The translations under genes and the position numbers were made by a program. A stretch of DNA of 64,000 nt from Blepharisma stoltei ATCC 30299. Taxonomy: Eukaryota; Protista; Ciliophora. The DNA lies in the NCBI GenBank assembly GCA_965603825.1, contig CBFDEM010000053.1:558001-622000 (forward strand), written 5' to 3'. Positions 24,832 through 36,658 of the stretch are shown here, in pieces. The notes beneath the pieces were generated by a model. The model was not told where the DNA came from, did not search any database, and saw only the letters and a list, made by a program, of their open reading frames with translations. The first letter of the stretch is position 1. Every line of letters begins with the position of its first letter.

Positions 24832-26115
24832 ATGGCAAAAGTTCACTTGTCTCGCAGTTTCAGTGTTTTGCACAAAGGTGAAAACGTAAGCGAAGTTCAA
24901 AAATCTCAAATTCTTTTAAACAGATGAAGACTTTTTCGACTTGGCTCTGCAGTTCTCTCTGCAATTTCAGTTTTTCCAGCCGGAACAGATTACGAAATGA
25001 GGTTTTCTGAAAGCAGAAATGCCACAAACTGCCACCTTGATCCTGACCACAGTGTATCTCCCAGAATAATAGTGATGATACTTTGCATAGTTTCAGTCCT
25101 CTTATTAATTCCTTATCGCATTTATTACATTAAATGACGGCAGCACATGCCTTCTACCTATCGAGAACTCCCAAGCCTGGGAAAAGTGAGCTTATCAAAG
25201 ATTTCAAAAATGAGAAAAAAAGCCACATGAAGAGATTACCTAGGAGGAGACACAATTTTCGCTTTTTGTGTTAACGTTATTTTCCCTTATCCATGGCTGG
25301 ATGCAACTTTTACGATTCACCAGCAAATTTTGTATAAAGAAGTTTATATTTGTTATTTCTGGGCTGAGCTATTCTATGCATGCATGTTTTTCAGGTGGGC
25401 ATTTCTAATTTTTGTGGTTTTTAATTATGGGAGTTATCAGAATCCTATTGCTATGAGATATTGTGAAAAATATGATGTCCCTCTTAATCCTCATTTTTCG
25501 CTGAAGTGCTATGTGAATCAGCATCCAATGGCAATGCTATTTATTTTCTTGCTATTTCCTGGAACTTTGATATTTGCGTCAACGATGAGGGTTTTTGAAA
25601 GACCTGTGAGAAATCCTATAACTGATTTTGATTACCCAGGAAATGCTGTTTGAAATGTGGTTGTTACTATTTTTACAATAGGGTATGGAGACTTTTTCCC
25701 AATTACGAATTTGGGAAGAATTACAATAGCTTTAAGTGCGTTTTTAGGGAGTATCATTTTATCTTTTTTATTTGTCACGCTCACAAAGGTGTTCACGCTT
25801 ACGAAAAATGAAGAAAAAACATTAAAAGGAATTTTGGTAAGTGACTCTGCTGCAGCAACTATAAGGCGTGCCTTAACTTATACTAAAACCAGGTTCAGCA
25901 ACCCAGAAGAAAGGGTGAATGCGTGGGATTCGGTGCAATCTCAAACACGTTCATTTAATAGAGTAAGAGAAGAGTTTGGATGTGAAGAGGACGAAAATGA
26001 GGCCAAAATTTGTGAGCTTTCTAATAGAGTGTCAAGGGTGGAAACAGATCTTACACAAATTAAAAACTCCCTCACAGCACTCGCAAATAAAATTGATAAC
26101 ATGAATAACAGTTAA
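24832..26115 (+). CDS. SK-like (KCNN-type) potassium channel (427 aa)
   Basis: Open from ATG 24832 with four TGA=W. Pore helix NAV-W-NVVVTIF, selectivity filter TIGYGD, C-terminal coiled coil. Confidence 0.9.
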
Positions 26116-26129
26116 TTTATTTTATCCAA

Positions 26130-27041
26130 TTAAAGCGTGACTTCTTGATTTAAAAGTTTTTCAAACTCACATAAAATATCGTCTGAATGGTTCTTCATCC
26201 CTTTAAACTCATCAGGAACGTGGGAAAACTTTGTGACTGAAGGCAGTAGTCATCTTTTCCTCTTTGATGTCTTCATTTTTGAAACGAGTAGTTTTTTCTC
26301 TTTGGGGGATTTTTCATATTTTTCTTTCTGCTCCATTATCTTGTGGTATTCAATATTTATCTCGTTAATAACAGCTTGCATAGACTGTTCTGCTAATAAA
26401 ATCTTTGATTTTCTTGACTGCTTTTCAGCTTTTTTAATGCATTCATTAGTCGCTGTATTTATTTTTTCAATCAGTCCATCCCTTGCTTTATTTAACTCAT
26501 TTATATGATCTTCCAGACATTTTTCGACCTCCTGCATGCATTTTTGTAGCTCAGATTTATTTTTTTCCACGTCTTCTATTTTCTTTAGAAGAAACTCTTG
26601 TTCAATAATAAATTTATTACTAATTTTTTCAATGATTCGATCAGCTTTTGAGCTATTCAATGGTATACATTTATGGTTAATGTGCTCATCAGCACAATTC
26701 CAACACAGAAGCTTATTGTCCTTTTTGCAATAGCACCCATATTCAAGCCCATGTGTAATACACATTGTTGATTTTAATTGAGTTTCGTTGATTTGCAATA
26801 TTGCATAGTTTGTAGGAAGATTTTTGATGCTTTCTGGATCTAGAGATTTGCATATTGAGCATATCGAGCCTAGGTCTGACTTCAATTTTTCTAAGCACTG
26901 AGAGCATGCTGTGTGACCACATTTGGTCATTTTTGGGATAACAAGGTCAGAGTCATATGGCATTAGACATATGGGGCATTCTGCTGTTACTGTATTCATT
27001 ATCGCGATAGGTGAAGTTTGAATTGGTAAAGTACCTCCCAT
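26130..27041 (-). CDS. RING-B-box-coiled-coil (TRIM-like) E3 ligase (303 aa)
   Basis: RING CPIC..CGHTAC..C..CSIC, LPTNYA, B-box C..H..YC..LLC..C..H; reads through TGA 26250 to TAA 26130. Confidence 0.85.
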
Positions 27042-27698
27042 TAAAATTTTATTTTGAATTTAAATTCATAATATCTTTATCAACATGTTTCGAATTTTTA
27101 TTAGTAAAAATTGAAATTTATATTGAATTCGTGATTATGCTCCTGTCTTCTAGCTCATGCTTAAAAATTAATGATTTTCAAATTTATGGTATAAGAAATA
27201 ACTAAATAGCAGCGCCATTTTCTAATAGAAGAAAAAATTCATCAAAATCAATCCTGCATTGATTTCCCCTTATAGTGAAGTCTACTCTTAGAATTAATTA
27301 TAAAAAATTTTAATGAAGAAAGGAAGATTTCATTCATTAATGGAAATAATATAAATGTAGTCAGATACTCTTGATAAAATCATCAATCACTTTAAAAGTC
27401 TATCATCATTAGCAGCTCTCTAATAAGTGGGTATTCATCCACCATTTTATTATTATAAAAGCCTTAATATCAAAATGTCGAATGAAAAACCATAAGATTT
27501 TACATTATTTCTTACCGGAACTCTATCTGCCAAAATAAAATCTTTGTGTAGGTCAAAATAATCAGGCCTACAAACCAATTTTATATTGTGTGTGAGTACA
27601 TTACATAATTATCTCAAAGCCCAAAAAGGAATTTCTCAATTCTGAAAATGTTGTATTTTTTAAAATTCTTACCTAAATTTTTAAGAAACATCTTATAA

Positions 27699-28145
27699 TT
27701 AAGAATATTTTGATCGATAAAAATCAGCTGGCATTCTAACTTTATGAGGCTCCTGGTGATAGCTCCACTCTGGTCTCTTTGCTTTTGAGTTAAGCGATTT
27801 TCCTTCGAAATCTCCACCATAAACAGTACGCCAATGACTTGTCATATGTGGATTTGGCTCTGTTTTTTCTTCTTGGCCTGACTGGACAATGAACTTTCCA
27901 GTTTTATCGAATACAGGCTTTCTTGGCCTTATTAAGTAGTCAACAGGAGTGACAGTATCGCTCATTCTGCTCCCATAGACCGAATGCCACCTGTCATAGT
28001 TGCTAAGATATCCTTCTTCTTCCTTTACCCCAGAGACTTTATCATAATATTGCCTTTCCAGCGAGTTCTGGCCTGGCTTGAGAGTCGTTATAGGCTTTTG
28101 TCCATAGCTTTGGAAGCCTGCATAATGGGTCGCTCTAGAAATCAT
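27699..28145 (-). CDS. Hypothetical protein, possibly a microtubule-inner protein
   Basis: 148-aa ORF with WRTVYGGDF and WHSVYG motifs reminiscent of Mn/SAXO repeats. Confidence 0.65.
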   Translation of the reverse strand: MISRATHYAGFQSYGQKPITTLKPGQNSLERQYYDKVSGVKEEEGYLSNYDRWHSVYGSRMSDTVTPVDYLIRPRKPVFDKTGKFIVQSGQEEKTEPNPHMTSHWRTVYGGDFEGKSLNSKAKRPEWSYHQEPHKVRMPADFYRSKYS

Positions 28146-28185
28146 ATAACTGTTGATTTAAATTATTATTCAATTTTTCATAGAC

Positions 28186-29166
28186 TTACTTAAAGTTGGG
28201 ATTTTGCTGATAATACATATAAGCTCCTTGTTGGCCGTTTAGATATGGGTTGGCCTGGTAGGATCGTGGGTTCTGTGGAATTTGATATGAATTTTGTGGA
28301 TAATAAGGATTAAACCCTTGATAAGGCATCCCATAAAAAGGAGCGTGTGAAGGATCTTCACATATATGTTGATGCATTGAAGGATCAACAAAAGGGCTCT
28401 GTTGCACCCCTTGAAAGCTCATCATCATTGGGCCGAACATGTGCCCTCCTCCATAGTAGATCATATCTCGATTTATATCCTGATGTGAAGGCTGAGGAAC
28501 TATAATCCCTTCCTGCTCAGGTGGCTTCACCTGGTCACAGGCATATAAATAAGGCTGCGGGTAAGGGCCATTTGGCTTTTCTATCATATGCTGAGTTATT
28601 GGCCCATAGTGTTGTTGCAATCCTTTGGATTCTTCTTGCATATGTATTGAATGATTTTTTGCATAGCTCATTTTTGATTGAGGGGGAGGTCGTGCTTGGT
28701 CTTCGTACATAGGCTCTCCACAATGGACGTTTGTTTCTTGACCTGGGGACTGAAGAGATATATCTTGAGGGTGACGGGTCATTAGTTGTTGTGTAGCTGA
28801 TTTTTGAGTGCCAACTTCCATTGGCTGCTGAATGTCTTTAATAGATATTTTGATCTTTATCTGTCCAGCTCCCACCTGATCTCGTACGATGTCAACCCAC
28901 CGCTCACCTTCTTTAGCGTCAATTCTTGAGCTCCCAATAAGAATGTCTCCGTCAGGATGAGTGGTATAGACTTTCATCAGAATTTTTGGGTCCCTGCCTT
29001 TTAAAGAACAGATTTTATTTCAAAAAGGGAATTTGCCTCCATCTTCGCAAATTTCTGTTTTGTCTTCTGAATTGCCTAGCCGATAAAAAACATAAGTATT
29101 ATTGATGGCCACACCTCTCATTATTCCAAGCTTTCCGCAAGCTGTTTCTATTTCAATCTCCCTCAT
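28186..29166 (-). CDS. C2-like domain protein with P/Q/Y-rich tail (326 aa)
   Basis: ATG 29166 in frame via a TGA in GGKFPF-W-NK (compare C2 GGxNPxWNE); low-complexity C-terminus. Confidence 0.75.
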
Positions 29167-29574
29167 TTTATTAATTACAAGATATTAAAATATAAAAGCA
29201 GAATAAAAAGATGTTTTGTGGGTAGTTAATTTATCTAAGCGCTTTGTAGACAGATATCAAGCCTTTTAAAATAATATCAGGGTAATTCTATTTTAATGGC
29301 CTATTTTTCATGCTTTGCCTTGTTCTTCTTGATAGTATTAAATGAAACTATATATTTCGTGATAGAGTGTTGAAAGAAATTTTAGACTAATTATGGCTTT
29401 TAATTTATTAGTGCTCATTTACACAGACTTAAAGAGTATAAAGATTTCAATCTAGCTAACAGTGCCCAAGATTCTTTACTATTGTTTAAAAAATCAAGTA
29501 TTCTCTATTTTGGCTTAATTTTTTAAGCTTTAATAATGCAAATTTATTTTTTAAAACTCAAAATGATATTATAA

Positions 29575-29681
29575 TCATGATAAAAAGTATCCAAATGTTT
29601 AATGAATAGCCACTATAAATAAATCTCCAAATGTTCAATAAATTATCATTATAAATAGATCTCCAAATATTAAATAAATTA
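29575..29681. repeat. Three degenerate 35-36-nt tandem repeats
   Basis: Unit approximately (t/c)ca(t/c)tataaata(a/g)atctccaaat(g/a)tt(c/a)aataaatta, starting at 29575, 29610 and 29646. Confidence 0.75.
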
Positions 29682-29816
29682 CTTTGATTTTTACTTCTTG
29701 CAATAAACTCTATGCAAAAGAAATCTGCATATATAGTCTCCTTCGCTCTTACCATTTAAGAATTCACTATCAGAAGTAAGGCAACCTATTTTTTAATTGT
29801 CATATCCCTAACCTAT

Positions 29817-30491
29817 TTAGCTATCTCGTTTATTTTCTCGAAATACATTCTGAACCCTTTTGGTTTTCTTGTTCTGCATTTTCATTGTTTCTAAATTAAT
29901 AATAAACTCAGAGCTCCCCATTTTGATATCCACAGGCTCCTTTGTCTTCTCCGCTTCCTCTAGTTTCTGCACAATTTCCCTTGAAAAAGGTTTTTTTTTG
30001 CCTCTATCATCATAAGTTCACGCCGAAAACTCTCTTCTGCTTTCAGGTCTCCTCATCATTGGAGGAGGCTGCCTGATTATTGGTCTCCAAAACTTCCCAG
30101 ATATGGGAGATTGCGCGAATTGCATAAGATTCACGTTGTAGAGTTTTCCCATGATTTCCAGGATTAGTGCCGGCTGTTGGTTTTGGAATGCATCTTCAAT
30201 CTTCTGGTTGGAATCTGGGTCATAAGGAGAATAAGATTTTCCATTAAACCAAAACCACTGAAATGCGGATTTAGGCACTGATTGCTGCTGAATCAGAGAA
30301 ATTAGCATGTGCTTGGCCTGCTGCTGGGCCTGAACAGGAGTTTCTCTTCCAGTTATAATGAATCTGCCCTGTTGATAATCTATGTGAATGGAATACTGGG
30401 AGGCCAACCATGAAATTTGGCCTGAAGCTTGGAGTGTTTTGGCAATTTCTTCAGTGCAATACACGTTGTAAACTCGATCCCCAGATTCCAT
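29817..30491 (-). CDS. KH-like + tandem WWE domain protein (224 aa)
   Basis: WWE1 FQWFWFNGKSYSPYDPDSNQKIEDAF; after TGA 30018 a second WWE, SA-W-TYDDRGKKKPFSREIVQKLEEA..FIINLETMKMQNKKT; TAA 29817. Confidence 0.8.
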
Positions 30492-30721
30492 TTATAAGTC
30501 AAAGAGAATTTGGTGATCTCACTTAAAAATATTAAAAAATAGGGAGCTCAGGAGAAATAGCATCTTAAAATGATATAGGAAGGACAAAATTAATTCAATT
30601 AGAAAGAAGAATAGTATTTAATTACTTATACTACAACTACAATAATTTTATAAAGTTTTATGAAAATGTGTATTACAAAATTATAATGATATCTTTCATG
30701 ACTCGTTTAATTATTCAGATC

Positions 30722-32026
30722 TTAATGTGCCTTGGAAAGAACAAGGACTGTTGCGTAATTATTCAAAACTTCAACTGTGAGTTTCTCGGTTGGATAAAAT
30801 TCGCCGTCAATGGAATAAATTCCACGATTGTTTTCAGGGGTAAGTGTCCATTTGCTAGCTTTTAAATAGTTCAGCTGTGGCAAATCCACATGCCTTCCTG
30901 AGTCTTCTCGAAGCAGGACTTGCAGTAATCCTCTTCTTCCTGCATTTCCTCTCACAAATAAAATATCATTCATGCCATCTTCTATGCTGGCCTTTGGTGC
31001 GAAATTTAACCCTGTACCAATAAAAGGGGTATTGCAAACCACAAAGTAGATAAATTGGCCTGTCTCATCATGTTCACCCTCCTCATCTTCCCACGTCACA
31101 GTTGCATTGAACCTTCTTAGGGCTAAAAGTCTCCAAAATCCATAAAGATCAAACCTAAAAGGCCCACAGCATCTGCACACTTCGCTTTCAATGTCCACAT
31201 CTCCTATATACGCTCACGCTAGCGAAAGAAAGCTATAAATCAATTTCCCTGACTCAGTCCTCATCAATGATATATCAAGCGGGTGCATGTTTCCTTTAGC
31301 CGCAATAAAACAACAATTTTCAGCAGTTACTTCTTCACCTGATTTATCACACAAAATCTGTGCCAAAGCATTTGAAGATCCTCCAGGAATCATCGAGACA
31401 GGGCACATTCTTGCTTGATCTCCATCATCTCTTGAGCATAATGCATTAATTACTTCATGTATTAGCCCGTCTCCACTAACAACAATAATGGCATCATAAT
31501 CAGAAATTTGCATTTGTTTTACTGCTTCAGTTGCATGATTTCTATACTGTGTTCTCAGGACATCTAATTCACAAGCAGCGAGCATATATTCTACTCTTCT
31601 TCATACTCTACTAGCAGTCCCTCTTCCTGAGTGAGGGTTTATTAAAATTTTCAGTTTTCTTCTATATATAGGATCATCAGGGTTTGGCATTGTTTGGTAA
31701 TAAGCCATATGCTGAATAATTTTGACCCATTGTTTTGTGTCTTCGCTAGCAAAAGAGTACCTTTTAAAAGTTCTGACTTGGTTTCTTTTGGGGTAGACCA
31801 TCAATTCAAACATATCCAGAGATTTCACCTTTTTCTCAACAGCCCCTAAGACGTCTGTCCACTTATAGGTTTCTACTATATTTTTGGATAAAGTCGTCAA
31901 TTCGATGCATTCACAAAGAATTTGGATGTGATATCGTTCCTTGCCTTGTGAAACTTCACCGTGGTAAAGGCAGTCTGTAGATGCGATCAAGCTTTCGATC
32001 AACTCTTCGTTATTTTCCTCTACCAT
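30722..32026 (-). CDS. Sphingosine/long-chain-base kinase (434 aa)
   Basis: INPHSGRG, SGDGLIHEVIN, PGGSSNAL, LA-W-AYIGDVDIESE and SIDGE; TGA at 31601 and 31214. Confidence 0.92.
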
Positions 32027-32048
32027 TCTATTATTTTAAAACAGCTTA

Positions 32049-32348
32049 TTATGATGAAGCCTTAGGAGTATAGTTATATTTTCTCCGTAACAGATTCAGT
32101 TGAACAGTTACATTAGTAATGTGGCATGTCATTAGAAGATAATTTCTAGGATTAACCATCCAAGCGAAACGAGAAAACATCGTGGAATAGATGACGAGAG
32201 CGATTGTCATGTTTCTTGATATCTTTTCAGGAGGCTTCTCCATGTCAAGGAGACCCGCGATAATAAATCCCCAGTTAAAGACAGGACCCCAGAAATGCGT
32301 TGTTTTAGGACCCATTGGATGGTTCCAAAATTTTCGAGCCACTTCCAT
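32049..32348 (-). CDS. Mitochondrial pyruvate carrier subunit (MPC1-like)
   Basis: GPKTTHFWGPVFNWG and FSRFAWMVNPRNYLLMTCH. Confidence 0.93.
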   Translation of the reverse strand: MEVARKFWNHPMGPKTTHFWGPVFNWGFIIAGLLDMEKPPEKISRNMTIALVIYSTMFSRFAWMVNPRNYLLMTCHITNVTVQLNLLRRKYNYTPKASS

Positions 32349-32740
32349 TTTATTTATGAGAGTTATTTTATTAACTTGTACAACTTTTATTTGTTGCCAA
32401 ATAACATGGGAATTCTCCAGCTCTCTTTTAATAACATTTTTGCAATATTTATATTAATATCTGTTCTAAAAATATAAGGAATTAGACTAGCCATCTGATT
32501 ATCTGAATCGCTATATACTGATAATTTTGTAAATATTGTAAATATTTGGTGAAATTAAAATTATTTATATTCACTGTGATCCGAAAGAATTCCCCTTAAA
32601 TTTGTGATAAATAGATACACCATTAATATCACCGGCTTGAGTTAATTTTCTTATAGAAAATTTTAACAGATTATTAAAAAAGAAATTTAGATAACATAGC
32701 TATTAATAATTTTGAATTAAATAAAATGTCATTAGATTTA

Positions 32741-33985
32741 TTAAAAGATTTGACAAGCTTTAGCATAGCACCCACAAGTTTTCTTGCTTTTTGGCTTTGG
32801 AGAAGAAAACGATTGAATTTCAGTATTTTCTTTTGTTTGTCCTCCATCAGAGTGCACAGACCGATTATCAAGCTTTATTTCAATTTTTTCATTTTGAAAG
32901 CTTAGATTTATTGACTCTGCGCTTATATTTTTTTCAGATTCACTTCTATTGATCCCACGTTCTGGGTCTTTCCAAAATATTGGCAAAGAAATCGAAGGTG
33001 TCGGGGGAAGTGCTGGCTCATCGTCTGGTACATCATAGAAGCTGATTTCCTTTTGAGGATGATATTCATGATATGTGGTCCTACCACTTAAATGGGCACT
33101 CTGAGGTTCCTCAGGAATTGTAAAAGGTCCTGGGGGCAATGTGGGAGGCCAAAATACTGTAGCATTTGGCAGTTTCCCACCATATTTTTCTTCTAATTGG
33201 TTTGGAGCAATATGCTCCTTCAATTCAGGAGGGTTAGATTTTTTATTGATTCTTATTTTCTTCACAGTATGAGATTCAATAAAACCCTTAACAATGTTCC
33301 ATACAAATGTAAGAGAAGAAGGCGCGTTAACCACATAATTGACGATCATTCTGCATCGAAAATTATCTTGAAGGACCTTTATGATTCTTCTTAATTCACT
33401 TATCGGCAGATTTTTTAGTGGCTGGTTACACAAGTCAGTAATAATGATCCAATTTTCAATTTGTCCAGGAATCGTCAACTTTTGGATAGCAAACTCAAGA
33501 TTGAAGCAAAGCAGCGCAGTAAATTCGTCAATAGAATATTTTTTCATATCAAATTTACTAGCATTTATCACGATTATTGGGCGGTACCTGTGATCCCGTC
33601 CATGTATATAAATTGCTCCAGAATTCAAAAGGCGAGAGCATTTTGGATAAAGTGACCGAAAACTGTCAGTTAAATTTATTGCTCGTCACTCAATGGAATT
33701 TTTCAAAGATCTTATTGACTTTTTAATATCAAACTTGCAGCCAAGCAGTATTCTGAGAAGTTCTTCATCTCTGAAAAATTCAGGAATCTCAGAAAATGAT
33801 GATTTTATTTCTTGTTTAAATTTTGCTAACATTTCGTTTTCATATGAGGTATATTGCGTCTTGTAGAAAATAAATCTTACAAGGCTTTTGCCTTCACCTG
33901 TGTATACATAACTTCCTTGAGGCCAGTAATAATAAGCCTCTTCTGGAATTAACTTTTCTTCAGAGGAGAAACTATAATTTTCCAT
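32741..33985 (-). CDS. CRAL-TRIO/Sec14 lipid-binding protein (414 aa) with C-terminal CaaX
   Basis: LLRILLGCKFD..IE-W(TGA 33686)-R, HGRDHRYRPII, LQDNFRCR and LEEKYGG; ends CQIF. Confidence 0.9.
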
Positions 33986-34556
33986 AATAAAATTACTACT
34001 CACACATATTCGTTTTTACACTAGAGGTTACAAATTAGAAAAAAAATATTGAAAATTTTGAGTAATTATTGCGAATATAGAACTTAAAAGATTTTGTGCC
34101 AATGTTTGCAAAATTATGGATAAAATTTAAATTTTAGTTTATTATAGGAAAATAAGTTAAATTATGAAAATTTTTGAAGGAATAATCCAGGTGTTTTGGA
34201 ATGAGACGATTTATTATATTTCATAAGATTTAATATAGCTCTCAAACGTATGAGAAGTGTAACTGTGCCGATTTCTTTGCATTGTATAAAAGCCATTTAC
34301 ATTAAAATTAATATATTGATAATTATTTATATAACAATTAAAATTAATTATTATATAAAAATAGTTAATTTTAAATAAAAACAAGCATCTAAGGCATTTG
34401 ATTTAAATATATAATTAATTTTTAATTAAATTTATTCTATTATTTTAATTCAAAATTATAGGTAATATTACATCAATAAGTCTACTATTCAGTTAATTCT
34501 ACCCCAATTAACGAGTGTCATATTCATTAGCTAATAGTTTTCTTGCTAATATAATT

Positions 34557-35510
34557 ATGGAAGCCTTAAATGACAGCAGCAAAATGACTGTCTATTTAGG
34601 TTTTCCAAAATCATCTCCTACACTTACAATCAAGCAAATGCCTGACGGAAAAATTGGAGGAAATCCCCTATTCTTATTATCCGAGCCTCTCGCCCCTGAA
34701 TGCTGCGGAATCCCATCCAAGTTTATATGCCAAATCTCTGCTCCAGGCGATGATGATTCTTCTTATTATCGCTACTTATACGTTTTTCAATGTTTAACCT
34801 GCAAGCTCCCCTCAGCATTCCGAGCACAGCTTCCTAAAGAAAATCCGCTTATTCAAGAAGAGCAAAATGAGTCAAATGAACCTTTGGATTCTGGGTGGGA
34901 TACAGTCCCTGACAGCTCTGATCTCCTAAATATGATGGACAACCTCGAAGACACCAAAGTTTCTAAAAAAGACCTCACGTTTGAAATCTTCCAAGAAGAC
35001 GAAAAAGCTACAGAAGTAATCAATAAGCTCTATAGGGCAGACCTGCAAAACAAAGAAATGGTCAAAGACATCTACGAGTTCATGGAAGCGCCTTTTGATG
35101 AAGAAGAGGAAGAAGATATCCCTTTTGAAGAGGAAGAAGGTGAAGACCCTGAAGAAGATAAGGACGCAAACGACCTAATGAAACTTATAGCGAAAAATCA
35201 AAAAGACAGCAAAGACATAAGCTTTGATGTACTGAAATGGTGCAGGGATTTAGACCCAACCCAATGCATTAGGTATGGAAAAAGAATTCTGCCTTTGTGG
35301 TACTCAGATAAAGGAAGGCCAGCAGAAAGAATTGAGAACTGCACTTGTGGAGAAGCAAGGATTTTTGAGTTCCAAGTGCTTCCTCAAATTTTGAACTATA
35401 TTAAAGAAGACGAGCTTGATTTTGGGACAATTTTAGTCTACACGTGTCCGAATTCCTGCCAAATTGAGGGATATGCCCGAGAAGTTGCTTTACTCCAAGC
35501 TTCAATTTAA
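34557..35510 (+). CDS. PDCD2/TSR4-family uS5 chaperone (317 aa)
   Basis: KIGGNP, QISAP..RYLYVFQC, QCIRY, CGEARIFEFQVLPQ and LDFGTILVYTC. Confidence 0.9.
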   Translation: MEALNDSSKMTVYLGFPKSSPTLTIKQMPDGKIGGNPLFLLSEPLAPECCGIPSKFICQISAPGDDDSSYYRYLYVFQCLTCKLPSAFRAQLPKENPLIQEEQNESNEPLDSGWDTVPDSSDLLNMMDNLEDTKVSKKDLTFEIFQEDEKATEVINKLYRADLQNKEMVKDIYEFMEAPFDEEEEEDIPFEEEEGEDPEEDKDANDLMKLIAKNQKDSKDISFDVLKWCRDLDPTQCIRYGKRILPLWYSDKGRPAERIENCTCGEARIFEFQVLPQILNYIKEDELDFGTILVYTCPNSCQIEGYAREVALLQASI

Positions 35511-35544
35511 TAGTTTAATTTACACAATTTATGTATATAATAAT

Positions 35545-36630
35545 TTAAATATGATTTTCAAGTTCTTGCTGAAACCGCACAGATTTTGTGTGATTAGGGC
35601 TTGAGCCTGGGGTGTTCCAGTCCCAGGTTTCACCGAATTCTTTGATACTTTTTAAAATGCTGTGTTTCTTTAGATTTTCAATATACCATCTTGTATTTTT
35701 ATCTTTTTCTAATTGTTCTTTTAGGTTTTGCTCGTCATGCTCTCTTATAAGCTTTAAATCGAGCTTTACATGACTTTTCAGCTTAAAGCTGCGGTCTTTG
35801 CTAATCCCGATTTTGTGTTCAATTTCTTCTAATGCTAGAAATCTTGCAGGCAATTTTCGCCTCTCAGAAGGTGCGCTGCTTTTGGACCTTGACGAAGGCT
35901 TACTTTTTGCTTTTGTTTGTGTTCCTGATGGATTTGGAGATAAATCTCACACTTTTGGGGTGTCTGCAGGAGTTAAACTGGAAACTTTATGATGACTTGG
36001 TGTGTATAATCTTTCGATATTTTTGCTACTTCATACTTTATGATTCAAATTTATCGGCGGAAGCAAAACAGAATTATCTTCATCTTCTAATTTTGCCTCT
36101 GCTCTTGCTTCAAAATGTCTTAGCTCAACAGCGACTTTTGGGCGAATATATTTTGCCTTTTTCATATGGTTGATTTTTGGGGAGCTCGAAGAATCTGGCT
36201 GTTTTTTATGATGGATTGTTTTCGATGAATTTCTTTCAGGTTTGCCTTTTTTTTCTTCAATTTCTATCAGTTTTAGCTTTACTTTTGAAGGCAACGATGG
36301 ATTCGAAATCTCAGTTAAATTTGTATCGGTATAGCTACCTGAGTTTTTGTGAACCGAAATAATATTTTCAGTAGAAATAACTAAATCAGGCCGCTTTAGC
36401 TTTATTTTTTTTCCTCTTTCAACTGAGCTGTTCTCGCTTCTCAGTCCTTTGTGTTTATGCTTAAGAAAAGTCTTTATCGGCCTTTCAGGGTCTTGGTATC
36501 TATCAAATTTTATTTTTCTTGAAGATGTGGATTGTGGAAAATCTTTGCCTAGAGGTTCAAAAACGTAAATAGCGTAGTTATTCTTACGGCTTGGGCAATT
36601 CTCTGGGATATTTACTTCTCCAGATTCCAT
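35545..36630 (-). CDS. Hypothetical basic, disordered protein (361 aa)
   Basis: ORFs 36031-36630 and 35545-35853 joined via TGA 36031 and 35947. Confidence 0.7.
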
Positions 36631-36658
36631 GCTTTATTTTAATGTTTGGAAAAATGCA

